A DNA stretch of 63,177 nt, counting the filler, from Conidiobolus incongruus B7586 (taxonomy: Eukaryota), in the NCBI GenBank assembly GCA_000697335.1. It is 5 parts of 5 records of this genome, joined end to end, with 100 filler letters (N's around TTAATTAATTAA, not from the genome) between each part and the next. Parts side by side here need not be neighbours in the genome. Positions count along the whole stretch, not along the records: positions 1 to 11,596 come from JNEM01006204.1; positions 11,697 to 19,820 come from JNEM01006205.1; 3 more parts are not named here. The stretch is one strand, 5' to 3'. The notes beneath the pieces were generated by a model. It was not told the origin of the DNA. It saw only the letters and a program-made list of their open reading frames with translations, and did no database searches. This document shows positions 1-11,972 of the stretch, piece after piece (within the stretch, counting starts at the first letter, position 1; each line of letters starts with the position of its first letter). The position numbers were made by a program, and so were the translations under genes.

Positions 1-694
1 TTATTATCAATGGTAAAAGGAATATTTAAAATAGCTAATATTTTATTTTACCATCAAGTACATCTATTAGGTGATAATTTTATATCATCTCAACAGATCA
101 TAATAATATGAACCTTAATATATACAGTATAATATAGTTAATGATGTTGAAAATATTTCACTAGAATATAATGAATAAAAATGATTATTTATATAAACTC
201 ACTATAATATTCGATGATCTCAGAAATATATTACACTAAACATATATTGGTTGTTAAAACCTGTAAAATATCAACAAGTAAGTTGATTTAATTCTAAGCT
301 AAGCTGAGATGGATCCAATAAACTTGACAATGAATTAAGAAATTGTGGACTGCATTTTTCTACCTGAATTAGTAATAATTGAAAAGAATTGCCCTTTATT
401 ACCCGTCCCGCAATTCATTAAAAATTTAATTGAAATTCTGGTTTCAAATAACCATTTAAAGTTACAATTAATCTGCGTAAAAAAATATGCGTAAGTAGCA
501 TGAATAAAATTGACTGAGCAGCTGAGCTTTAGGATAAATTATATCAAATTTATTACCATATATGTTTATTAAGCTTGAATAGTGGCTAGTAAATTAGTAA
601 TTATGCTTGATTCGAAACTAATATTTAAAGGCCTTGGTGACATTCACCAAATCATCAAATAACAAATTATCGATCTCTAATAACTAATCACAAA

Positions 695-868
695 ATGCCT
701 GCTATCAGTTTACAACAAATTGCTACTCTGGAAAACTTCACCATTGACCCCAAGCAACGTGAAATTACATTCCCTCGAGCTGGTCGAAACAGTATTGACT
801 CTACGAGCTCAACCTCTACAAATGGATCCAAGAAATCAAAGTCAAAATTTAAGTTTCCTTGGTTTTAA
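695..868 (+). CDS. FTIDPK/KFPWF-family microprotein, paralogue A1, 57 aa (MPAISLQQIATLENFTIDPKQREITFPRAGRNSIDSTSSTSTNGSKKSKSKFKFPWF)
   Basis: Hand translation from caaaATG to TAA. Homologous to 5 other paralogues with synonymous codon variation. TATTTAAA at 622. Confidence 0.85.
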   Translation: MPAISLQQIATLENFTIDPKQREITFPRAGRNSIDSTSSTSTNGSKKSKSKFKFPWF

Positions 869-1258
869 CCTATCAAGGCATCTTTTAACAATCGTCCAAT
901 ACTCATGATTTGCAAATCATTTTATGTATATTACACCTTGTATTTTTAGTTAATAAATTTGAATTAATATCATCCAATATTTTATATTTTTAATTAAATA
1001 TTCCCAATTTCAATAAAAAAAATATAGTAATTTTATTGATATAGAATAGTATTTGAAATTTGAATTATTAGGACTTTAACCAATATTGATATATTATTAA
1101 CTTTAAATAACCATAATTATAGAATAGTTGCATGCTTATGGATATATGGTTTCTGTTTACCAGGTTTGAAATTAAGCAATGGTGTTTTTTAAAATGCAAA
1201 TTATTTCAATTATATTTTAATCTTTGAATAATACTACTATAATTCTGAAATTCTAATA

Positions 1259-4067
1259 TTACTCTAAATTTTAAACAATGACAATTTTTTGAGATTGAAA
1301 AAATAAACATTTTAATATATAAGTTACAGATATATATATATATTAAAATCAATACTCTTCTTTAATATTAATAATATTTTATTAATTCTTTGTTAAGCCT
1401 TTAACACTTAACAAAAAATTCTTTTTATTAAGGGTTGAAATTTATTATTTTATAAATTAAACAAATTGTTTTGTGGAAATTTTCTTTTTTAAAAGATGAT
1501 TTTTAATTATTTAAATCAAAAATAGTTATATTAATTATATTATAATAAGTACACTAGTTATGGTAATTTTTTATAATTTTATAAATTTTATACTTATTAT
1601 ATAGAATTATAGATATCTTTATGTAATATTAAGAACACTAATTAATAATTATATAATAAAAAGATATAAAATTTAAAGTTAAATAATTTTTGAATAAAAA
1701 CTAAATAAGAATTGTATATAATATAATAATATACTATAATATTCTATATGCTTCTAAACCAAATATTTATTTTTTGTAATTTGAAAATAATTATTTTAGC
1801 TTGATATTTTAATTAATATTTTATTAAAAATTATAAAAAAAGTTATATAATATATTTATAATAATAATTTATTATAGAAGTTTTGGTCTTTAGTTATACC
1901 TTAGTGAGTTTTGTTTAATTATAACTATTTTAACTTTTTTTATATTTAAGTTAGATCATAAGGTATTAATTGTATATTTTTGTTAATTAATTTAAGCTTA
2001 AACTTTAATATATATACTAACCTATAAAAGTGAGTTATAAAATTAAAAATATAAATATTTCTATTAATATCTTAATTAATTTTAATTTAAATAAACTTAT
2101 ATTAAGCTATGTAATTAATATATATTTTTTATTTATAATATAATATAGAAAGTTAAATTTAGTTAATTGTTAATTTATATATTAAAACTAAAATAATACT
2201 TAAGATAAGTTATAAATTTGTAAGTTTTAATATTGATAGAAAAATTGATATCTAATATATTTATCTTTTGTTTTTTAACCTCTCTGAGTTTATAAGATAT
2301 AAAGTTAACTAGCTTCTTATATTAAGTAAAACTAGTATTATTCTAAGCATTTTAAATATACTCTTATAGTTTGTTTATATTTTTTATTAGGGGGAAAGCT
2401 TTAATTAATTTTTTTAATTAATTTTAAAAATATTTAATTAAGTTAAAATTAAAAAATTAAAGAGGTTATTTTATAATAGTTATTTTGTTATTTTTAAGCT
2501 AATTAATAATAAAGTTTATTATATAACATAAGGTATTATTTTATTAAAAAATAATATTTCATTTATTTAACTTATATTATTTAATAATTTTTTTCAATTT
2601 ATTATTTAAAATATTTTTAATATATTTTTATATTAATTCTATTATTAACTTCATAAGGATATTTTATACTTAAAGATAATATATATCCTTAAATTATAAT
2701 TAACTTACTATTATGTTTTAAGATATAATAATATAATACTCATAAAGTAATTTCTTATTTTTTTTGAAATATTTAGTTTTTTTATTGAATTTATTATAAT
2801 ATATCTTAATTTTATTAAATTAAATAACCTTATTTAAATTAATTTTAATTTAACTTTAGTGGTGATATTTAAACATTTGTTTAGTTTTATAATGGGACTT
2901 TATTAATTAAAGATGTTTTTTTTAAAATATAAGTAATATTTATTTTAATATAAAAAATATATAATATTATCTTTATTAACTTATATTCTTATATATTCTT
3001 ATAATTCTTTTTATACTTTTATAAAAATATTATACTTACTTATATTAATTAATTTATAAATATACTTTTTATCATATTTATCTATAATTTTAATATACTT
3101 AAGTTTTAGTTTAAGTGTTTTTTTACATTGTTTTTAATAACCTTAATTATAATAGATTAAATAATATTAATAATATTAATAATCTTATAAGTTAATTTAT
3201 TTTATTATAAAGTTAATTAATATGTAAATTAACTTTTTTAAAGAGAGATTTAAATATTATAATATTAATTTTAAAATATTAACTAAATAGTTTTATAATA
3301 TATATAATATAACAAAAAAAAGAAAATATATATAAGTTTTATTATTTATATTTTTTTAACCTATAAATCTATAAATTTATAACTCATCTTAGTTAAATTT
3401 TAGGTTTTGATATATTAACCAATAATTAATGAAATATAATCAAATATAATTAGTTATAATTAAATAATATAGGTAAATTATATATTTTAATTTAAATTCA
3501 TTTAATTAAGAATTATTTAAGATATAGGTAAATATATAAGTAATTTTAATTTTATGACTCACTTTTGTAGGCTAATATATATATTATATATATATAACTA
3601 ATATTAGATTATTTTAATAGTTTTTTAGTTGAAATAAAAGGCTGTTTATTAAAATATTGTTTTATTTTATTAATAATTCAAAAAATAATCATTGAAATTA
3701 ATTTTCTAAATTTTAATATTTTATATAGTTTTTCTTCTGGGTATAAAATAATTTACTCCATAATATATACTTAATTCAAATAAAAAATCATTTTCAAAAG
3801 CTGTTTGTAGATTTTAAATGATTTTAAATAATTTATGCTTAAGTATTACTAATATTAAAATAAAAAATTCTAATAATCACTACTTAATTTAAGATCAAAT
3901 TTTATAATAAATTTGCAAAAGTTAATTTTTGATAAATATATATATAATTAATATAGTTTAAAATTATTTATTTTCCTATTTGCTTTTTATATATTATTTT
4001 CTGAAACCAATAATATATTTAAAGAATCAGTAATTAAAAAATTTCCTAATATTTAATTTTATAGTAA
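1259..4067 (-). mobile_element. Decayed mariner-family element interrupted by a nested Tc1 element
   Basis: Both ends match the termini of the 15386-16712 element (TA|TTAC...). Homology to that copy resumes on either side of the 2015-3577 insert. Confidence 0.8.
2015..3577 (-). mobile_element. Decayed Tc1-like (DD34E) DNA transposon nested in the mariner copy
   Basis: ~35-40 bp TIRs (tactaacctataaaagtgagttataaaattaaaa at 2015; reverse complement of tattagcctacaaaagtgagtcataaaattaaaa ending at 3577), flanked by TA. Transition-eroded IFQQDNAPCHT and WPPQSPDFNPIE motifs at ~2420-2552. Confidence 0.85.
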
Positions 4068-4677
4068 TAATATGAAAAATTATCAACCAATTTTAAATTT
4101 TACAAATTATACAATCAATGTTCTTCAAAATTGAAAATTACATTTTGAAAATAATCCAGAAATTGATGATTAAGACTTTATATTTAGAAGTGAATTCTAA
4201 AGCCCATGCTTTGGAAAATCACTCATTGAAAATTTTAACAAATGAACTTGATTTAATAATCATTTATCCTCAAATTCATCAAACCAGGTGGATTTTGTTG
4301 TAGATGGATTTCGCAATGTATCCAATCTTTAGTTTATTAAATATATTCTATATATTTTGCGATTAATTGCAAGTTTGCTCTATATTCTTACCTATACTAA
4401 ACTTTAAAAACTCAGCCATGTTTCTTGTTTCATCACTATTAACGCTTCTAATCAAAATGACCTGTGTCAAATAAGGTTGTAGTGTGATACTAGAAGCAGT
4501 GAATTTAATCGCTATTGAAAGATTAAGGAAACTAAGCTAGAAATATATATGACCATTTAGCCTAAACAGCCGCATGAAAATTATAAATCAAGTCTAAGGA
4601 CTATAATACATATTGAGTTTGATAGCACTCACGGATTTCCTATCAAATATCAATCATCATAATCAATTTATTATCAA

Positions 4678-4847
4678 ATGTCTACCATTAGTTATATCAA
4701 ATTTACACTTTGGAAAACTTGATTATTGACTCTAAGCAACGTGAAATCACATTCCCTGGATCCAGTTGTAATAGTATTGATTCTACAATAAGCTCGAGTC
4801 CTATCATAAGTTCCAGAACGACCGAGTTCAAATTCCTATGGAATTAA
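4678..4847 (+). pseudogene. FTIDPK-family microprotein pseudogene A2 (1-nt frameshift after MSTIS; remainder reads YQIYTLENLIIDSKQREITFPGSSCNSIDSTISSSPIISSRTTEFKFLWN)
   Basis: The ATG frame stops after 14 codons. The shifted frame is clearly homologous to A1 but has lost conserved residues (FTIDP>LIIDS, FPWF>FLWN). Confidence 0.75.
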
Positions 4848-5318
4848 TGTAAAACGGATGTTAATTATTATGATTATATAACCCTTTATGTGTAATCTGT
4901 GGTATTATATTCTATTTTTATTGAATTTGAAATAGCAAACAAAAAATTAATATTATAAATCATGGCTTAGGTTAAAATAGTTTTTATTATTTCAACTTTA
5001 TAAAAATCATATAATTATATACTACCTTACACGATTTTGATCTTCCACTGGTTATTTTGTGTTTGTAAAAGTAAATGTGTAATTGATTATTATACGTTCT
5101 TATGTTGTTAGTGCATTTAATTTAAAAAAATACATTATTATTGAATTTGAAATTTAAAATTTGAAATACGTGTAAGATAAAATTATTTGATTCGTTTTAG
5201 ATTAGTATGTCACAAAGCAAAATATAAAATTAAACGATGTATCAAAAGTGAATAATATTGAAATGTTAGTTAAATCTATTATAAAGAAATGTATAATATT
5301 TAGTTTAAAATCCAAAAA

Positions 5319-5390
5319 AGCTCTGCCTGAGAATCGAACTCAGATCGCAGGATTCAAAGTCCTGAGTGCTAACCATTACACCAGCGGAGC
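5319..5390 (-). tRNA. tRNA-Gln (anticodon TTG)
   Basis: Reverse complement of 26670-26741. Cloverleaf with TGGTGTAATGG A-box, CAGGA-CTTTGAA-TCCTG anticodon arm, GTTCGATTC B-box and a following T-run. Confidence 0.93.
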
Positions 5391-5932
5391 ACACTAAATA
5401 AATACCTTCAATGACTTTAATGGTTATTCAAAATTATAACAAATACATACGATTAACAATTTAAATTTCATTATTAAATTATTTCAATACCTTCTTTTCA
5501 AACTTTAATCAATAACATTTTTAACTTTGCAACCAGAATAGTACATTACTATACAAGCAATTTTAACCCTATTTAAAAGCCCCAATAATTTAATTCTAAC
5601 GTTTATTTTGCTCTTTACAAGTTTTTATTGTTATTTTGTATAACAATTCTATATAATGTGTATTTGTTGGCTTATAGCAATTTTTATTATAAAATGAATC
5701 CTTATATCGATTCATTATTAGATATATTAATCATTTTATTCTTTCAATTGAACAAAGATTCATATATTAAAAAAATGAAAAATTTTCAAATACTTTTTTA
5801 ACAAAAAGATTATTGACTTTATAATAATATTTATTAATCAATTTAGAGTTCTAGATGCATGTTTAGAAAATGTTTTACAATGATATTTACAAGGATTATT
5901 TTGATATTGGATTCCAATAAAGGATAGAGAAA

Positions 5933-6103
5933 TTAAAACCATGGAAACTTTAGCTTAAAACGTTTGGATTCAGCTTCTTGATGAGATCTTGTAGATGATT
6001 CTAGACTGCTTCTCGTTGATCCTAGGAACTCTTGTTCGCGTAATTTAGGATCAATGGTAAAGGTTTCGAAGAGTGCGATTTGTTGTAAACTGATAGTGGC
6101 CAT
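5933..6103 (-). CDS. FTIDPK/KFPWF-family microprotein, paralogue B1, 56 aa (MATISLQQIALFETFTIDPKLREQEFLGSTRSSLESSTRSHQEAESKRFKLKFPWF)
   Basis: Mirror of 25957-26127. Intact ATG-to-TAA ORF with the family motifs. Confidence 0.85.
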   Translation of the reverse strand: MATISLQQIALFETFTIDPKLREQEFLGSTRSSLESSTRSHQEAESKRFKLKFPWF

Positions 6104-7530
6104 TTTATTTGTAATCGCTTATGGTATAAGTAATGAGTTTGAACTGATGATCAACTACTAACGAAATCATCCCTTTATATACACCAAAATAACTAATGCG
6201 TAGATAGATATTATTAATATTATTAGTAATAGTTTATAATAGATCATACAGTGTTTGAGGACTTATGGATATGTGAATATTTTAATATATTTGATTACGT
6301 AATATTCCGAATTTGTATTATTCTGGATTGTCATTTGCACTTATTTTAATCTTTTTAATCAATTCTATATTTATCAGTTTGGAAACAATTTACCAAATGG
6401 AGAAATGGTATCTTATTGTGGAACATTGCCAATTGATTGATGAAGAGGGTTTATCATTTTTGCTAGGTTACATCGCCTATTCATTACATCATACTTTATT
6501 TTATTAATTGATTAAAGTTATATTAAATATTATTTCCAAGTCAGCCAATTTTAAAAATATAAGATTTATCCATTGATAGCTATATTTAACTTACTGAATA
6601 GTTGATCATTATTATGTTTGATATTTATCATAATTTTTTGATTAAAAATAAATTATATAATTCAGTGTCAGTGTTTGGACAAGTGACAATTATTAACATT
6701 GTAATTGAAATAATAGATTATTGGGTTAGCTTTATCAATGATTAGTGCATATAAATAATGCCTATATGTAGTATTAAAAGAACAATATCAATGAAGATGA
6801 TACTAAATCATAATTATTAGCTGCCATATTTATTGAATAAAATTATTCTAGAAATTTCAACAATAATAATATTTTTAATAGAAAAATATAAAGATTGCTT
6901 TAACAAGTCATTTTGTAATGATTGAAATATAGGTTATTATACAATGTTTCAATATTATAAATAGAATAAAAAGAAAATTATCATAGTAAAATGAATTTAA
7001 AATTTATCTCGTGTCTATTCAACAGGATTACTTAGCATCATAACATCCTTCTTGAAAATTTTATTCTTGCATTGGCATCATTTCTAACCCTTGCATACTT
7101 TAAATTGATATTGAAGCTTAATATTATTACACATGATATGACTATTCTTAATCATAGTCTTATAAATGAATCGATGTGATAATACAAATTTACAATATTG
7201 ATGTAATTATTTTGTATATACAATCAATTCAAACATATCAAAAGTTGGATTGATTAGATTATTGCCATTTGGTTTGCGACTTTGGAAACTCCAATTATTC
7301 AAAAAGTTGAATTGAAGTATAAGAAATAGTTAATTATAATCATTTCCTTAAAATATTAAACTTAAATGAATAATAAGAATGCTATTAAATCGTATTTTAA
7401 TGGTATAACTTTTTATTAATTATATAAAATGTATAAATGAATGATGATATATATATATATAATAGTTATTTACAACTTTTTGCGATAGACACAGTCTTAT
7501 ACTTGAAGGAGATGGATGAATGCAAGTGAA

Positions 7531-7701
7531 TTAAAACCAGGGAAACTTGAACTTAAAACGCTTGGGCTCAGATTCTTGATGATATCCTGAGGTTGATTCT
7601 AAACTGCTTCTGGCAGATCCTGGAAAGACTTGCTCGCGCATCTTGGGATCGATGGTAAAAGTTTCGATGAGAGCGATTTGTTGAGGACAGATGGAGGCCA
7701 T
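7531..7701 (-). CDS. FTIDPK/KFPWF-family microprotein, paralogue B2, 56 aa (MASICPQQIALIETFTIDPKMREQVFPGSARSSLESTSGYHQESEPKRFKFKFPWF)
   Basis: Mirror of 24359-24529. Intact ORF with the family motifs. Confidence 0.85.
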   Translation of the reverse strand: MASICPQQIALIETFTIDPKMREQVFPGSARSSLESTSGYHQESEPKRFKFKFPWF

Positions 7702-8613
7702 TTTGATATTATTTACTTGAGATTTGACTTAATAATTCGAATTGATGATGAAAATATAGATCATTTCAATTGTTTATATACCACTAATTTCATAAGGGAT
7801 CAAAATTCTCATGAACTCAATATTTGACTAAACGTTCCTTGTGTTACTATTTTCGGAATTACAAAGTTTTATGAAATTCTCACCTTACATATTTAGCCAT
7901 TAATACCCGAAAGCCATTATTCTTGATTATTCGCTACATTTTAAATCTTTTAACTGCATTTTTTTTTTCAATCGGATACTTTAGAAAAAATTGCCAATTG
8001 GATAATTTTTACCATTTATGCAGGCACTAGATGAATACAAACGTACTACACAAAGATTTTTGGGGTTTCGGATATTTTGATGACATCATTTGGGAATATC
8101 ATTTATCAAAGTAAGGCAATTCAAAGGCATATTTAATGTCTTGATGTTTTTATATCTTACATTGTTAGTAAAAGATACGATATGGCACGAAGAATTGAAT
8201 AATAAAATGCAACACAAATAGTCAGTATACTGATTATTTTCATATGCCGATTTATTGGCGATTTACAAAGTTTCTGTAATATTAAAGATCAATTTAATAT
8301 GACAGATGAGTATTTTTTGAATCTAGTTGGGTGAAGAAATAAAAAATTGTAGCTTGCCACTTAAATATATACTTATCCATTTAAGAACATTGCAAATAGC
8401 TATTATTCTGAAAATCTATTGAAACTTAATATTTATATATTTGATTACAAAATTAATGTATTAAAGAAAATAATCTAAATAATTTAGTAAACAGAACAAA
8501 TTTATTTACAATGGCGATATGAAATGAATAGTATTATAATGCAAAAATTGAAATTTGCTAGCTGATTGAAATTAGGAATTAAAATCTTGATTCAGATTTC
8601 AAAGCCAAGGAAA

Positions 8614-8769
8614 TTAGACTTTAAAACGCTTTGATTCGGAAGTGTATATCTGTCTCTTGCTCGAATTTAAACTGCTTCTGGCTGACTCTGGAAAGACTTT
8701 TTGACGTAGTTTGGGATCGATAGTGAATGTTTCAAAGAGAGCGATGCGATGTAAATTAATAGTTCTCAT
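8614..8769 (-). CDS. FTIDPK-family microprotein B3, truncated copy, 51 aa (ends ...KRFKV*, lacks KFPWL)
   Basis: Same as 23291-23461 except an AAA>TAA change at 8616. Start assigned to the family-aligned ATG rather than the track's upstream ATG. Confidence 0.7.
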   Translation of the reverse strand: MRTINLHRIALFETFTIDPKLRQKVFPESARSSLNSSKRQIYTSESKRFKV

Positions 8770-10334
8770 TTGGAATAATGGTAATTTGAAAATATAGTGT
8801 AGTTGATCAAATAAATCCATTGAAATGGAGTCCTTTTATATGGCATTTTGGCCAATAGTTACGATCGCTTCTATTCAATCTTTGTTATTTTATTCAAGTT
8901 TTAAACTTTATTCATAACATATAAAGCAGTCAATATTAACATATGTATTAATAACAGCATTCAATTATATTCTGAACTATTCTAGATATATTAAAAATGA
9001 ACAATCCTTCGCTTGTTATAGTCAATACTGTAATAATTACCTAATAAGTATTACTTATGCAATGTTTAATTATCTAAAAATAATATATTATCAATCTTTG
9101 TATAATGAGCTAAAAATATATTAATCACAATATGATCCCAATTTTGATTGTTCATGGATTGAGATAAATTGAACTGATAAAGCTTATAGATATCAAAAAT
9201 TGAGAGAGTTGAGAAAATATATTTTCAAATATAATATACCATATGTATGTTTTTGATTGGTTTTTATTGGATTTTATATATTGACATTAATCAAAATATA
9301 GATTAGGATTTGGGTTAATTTGGCTATTGAATATAAATGCTGAAGACATTGTTTTGCACTATAGATATTCCAATCAATGTTAATGTTTCAGTTTAAATAA
9401 AGTAGAACAAATAATTAAAAGGGCTGGTTTATGTTAAATTAATATAATATAAACTAAATAATTTAATATAAACCAATTCAACTGTTGGGCATTTTAAAAT
9501 AATAATATTCAAATATTGGGATTGAAAATTCTCACCCAAAAGTCAAAATAAAATTACGTTTTACACCTGTCAATTTTTTAAAATGCTTCGGAAATTTTCG
9601 GACTACAATTTTTTAATTGGATTTGGTAAATTACGTAATTTATATGTAAATAAGAAATTGCCATATGAAATAAATTGCTAAATATGTATCAACTTATAGA
9701 TATATTTATATTGAGCATATTGTGTTACGAATTATTTGTGGATACCGGGCTATAATTCACATTGCAAATGCTTAGTAATTATAAATCAGTAACCTATTCA
9801 CAGATATTTATTTGTTATTTGATATAATTTATTAATTACTTTTTTCTCATTTTCATTTGCTATTAAAATATCAAAAATATATTAGAGATAATCTCTTAAA
9901 GAATTAGTAAAAATTGGATAATGCTTAATAATAATAAATTTTAGGATCAAGACAAGTTGATTACCGAATACCTAATATATTTAAATAATTTGATAAACTT
10001 ATCTATCTAACAAAGATAATAATATTATTACATTATATTGAATATTTGTTGAAACCTTATTCAGTTACTTAATTTTCAAAATATCTAGTTGCAAAAAGTT
10101 AAATCCTTTGGAAATAAATGGAATGATCTCTATTCAGAGTCTCAATTATGCAAATAATTTCTTAAAGATGACAAAAATAAAAATTGTGATTAGTAATGAA
10201 TGCTTTACAGAAGATGATTTATTTTCAATTTGATAGAAATCTAATAATTGAATTTGATTTTTAGAATAGGATTTGTTAAGTTAATATACTTCAATTTGAT
10301 TATGTTTATTATCAAATAATGAAATAGATTTCAA

Positions 10335-10726
10335 TGTCTGTGCTTGGCGAAATAATCAAATCATTTACAATGAAAGTGTCCAATATTTTGTGTGGTAGCA
10401 CGAGTTGGGAAAGCCGTGTTCGGATCAATTCAAATACAAGAGAGAGATCTGGTGAATTCCAGGTAACTGTTAGAGAGAAGGAATTTATTGTTTTAAGGCA
10501 GATAGCTAGGAGGACCCAGCTCGAGCTCTTGTCCTGAAGATAGCTCTAATTCCGGGTTTTATATAGAGTGAATAGAGTAAGGAGATTTATGGAGTTTTCC
10601 GGTGGCTTGTATCATCAACCAATTAAAGGATAGAGCTGAAATGGCTGATCATGTGAGGAGGAATAACCATTATATTCAGTTGATGTAAGCATATTTAGTA
10701 GGAGAGATACCTCCTGACTTGTGACA
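10335..10726 (-). mobile_element. Possible LTR-retrotransposon terminal remnant (solo-LTR-like)
   Basis: GC-richer island. The minus strand begins TGTCAC at 10726 and contains CTATATAAAA (~10557-10566) then AATAAA (~10484-10489) shortly before ...CTAACA (10468). No convincing TSD or second copy found. Confidence 0.35.
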
Positions 10727-11072
10727 GTAGTATTAATTATATCAATATGGATGTGTAAAGTTTGAAAATTTCTGAAATATCACTCAATTTTTGTTTAATT
10801 TGAATTCAATAATTTATTACAACTTTTATAATATAATTATCATAGTTATATTTATGGAGGAAATTTTAGTATGATATATAATTATCATATAGTATTCATA
10901 AGTTCACTAAAAGTGATTAATTAAAATTTTCTTAATATATGTATGTATTTTATTAATATTAAAAAATTTCTAATTTTATTATTTTGATAATTTTATTTAT
11001 AATAAAAGAAATAATATATTGGTTTGAAAATTTCTTTTAATAAATCAAAACACTCATATATATATATTACTA

Positions 11073-11972
11073 TTACCTATGATTTGAAGGAATGGGAAAT
11101 TTTTAATTTTTGATTTTTCAAATATATGAATAGTTTTAAATTATAAAATATATACAAAATAAATATAAAGATATATAATATTAAACTATATATATTAGTT
11201 TTTTGATTAAGAAATCAATTTTTTAAAATCTATTATTTAATTTTATTTAAACTTATTAATAATTATAAAAAGTCTTTTATTTTAGTTATAATAAAACTTA
11301 ACTATTCATTCTTTAAAATTAATTTAGAATTTATAAATAACTTTGATTAATAGAAAATTATTTCAATAAAATATTTATTAATAAGTAATTTATATCAAAT
11401 TAAAAAAGAGTTTATATAAAACTTATTAAAATTTAACTCAAAATTAAGGTTTTTATAATAAATTATTATTATTGATATATCTTAAATTTGTTTATATAAT
11501 CCTTAAATAAAAGAAAAAATTAAATTATAATTTTAAGCTAAATTAATCTTTTATAAATAATTTATTTTTAAGCAAATATTAATTATTATAATTAATNNNN
11601 NNNNNNNNNNNNNNNNNNNNNNNNNNNNNNNNNNNNNNNNTTAATTAATTAANNNNNNNNNNNNNNNNNNNNNNNNNNNNNNNNNNNNNNNNNNNNATAT
11701 TTTATAAATTATAATTTATTTGTTTATAATAATTCTTTAATACTAAACTAGTTTATAAGAATATAATTTTTATAAGGAAACTTAATTAGTTTATAAAATT
11801 ATTATTTTAGTCTTTAATAAAAACATTATTTTAGAAATAATAAAAGCAAATTATTAATAATAATAAAAGTGAGTATTAATTTTATTTAATATATTTTTTT
11901 GATATTTTATATATATTAAAATATTTATTTTTTTTATTGCAAAATATTCCAATTATTTAAATTATAAAGTAA
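11073..11972 (+). mobile_element. Decayed mariner-family element (spans an assembly gap)
   Basis: Left end TA|TTACCTATGATTTGAAGGAATGGGAAATTTTTAATT and right end both resemble the 15386-16712 termini. Confidence 0.75.
11597..11696. other. Assembly gap with artificial TTAATTAATTAA linker
   Basis: 44 N + TTAATTAATTAA + 44 N. Same structure at all four gaps. Confidence 0.97.

Larger units (their letters stand above)
1..9822. repeat. Left arm of ~9.8-kb inverted duplication (partner 22238-32059)
   Basis: Position x matches the complement of 32060-x wherever checked (ORF pairs 720/31340, 4118/27942, 6313/25747, 7630/24430). Identity stops at 9822/22238. Confidence 0.97.

Noticed and set aside
695..868. 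Microproteins as a-factor-like pheromones or classical secreted effectors
   Set aside because: No C-terminal CAAX box, no hydrophobic signal peptide, no internal tandem repeats and no conserved Cys pattern.
720..908. Track ORF MLLWKTSP... (and mirror 31152-31340)
   Set aside because: TTG-started alternative frame overlapping the conserved 695-868 ORF.
4118..4540. Track ORF 4118-4303 and adjacent coding-like sequence (and mirror)
   Set aside because: No recognisable domain or consistent exon structure. May be a decayed gene but cannot be supported.
7630..7827. Track ORF MLAHLGIDG... (and mirror 24233-24430)
   Set aside because: Antisense shadow of microprotein B2, with a TTG start.
11641..11652. 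Palindromic TTAATTAATTAA recurring four times
   Set aside because: Always centred in a 100-bp N gap. It is an artificial stop-codon contig linker, not biology.
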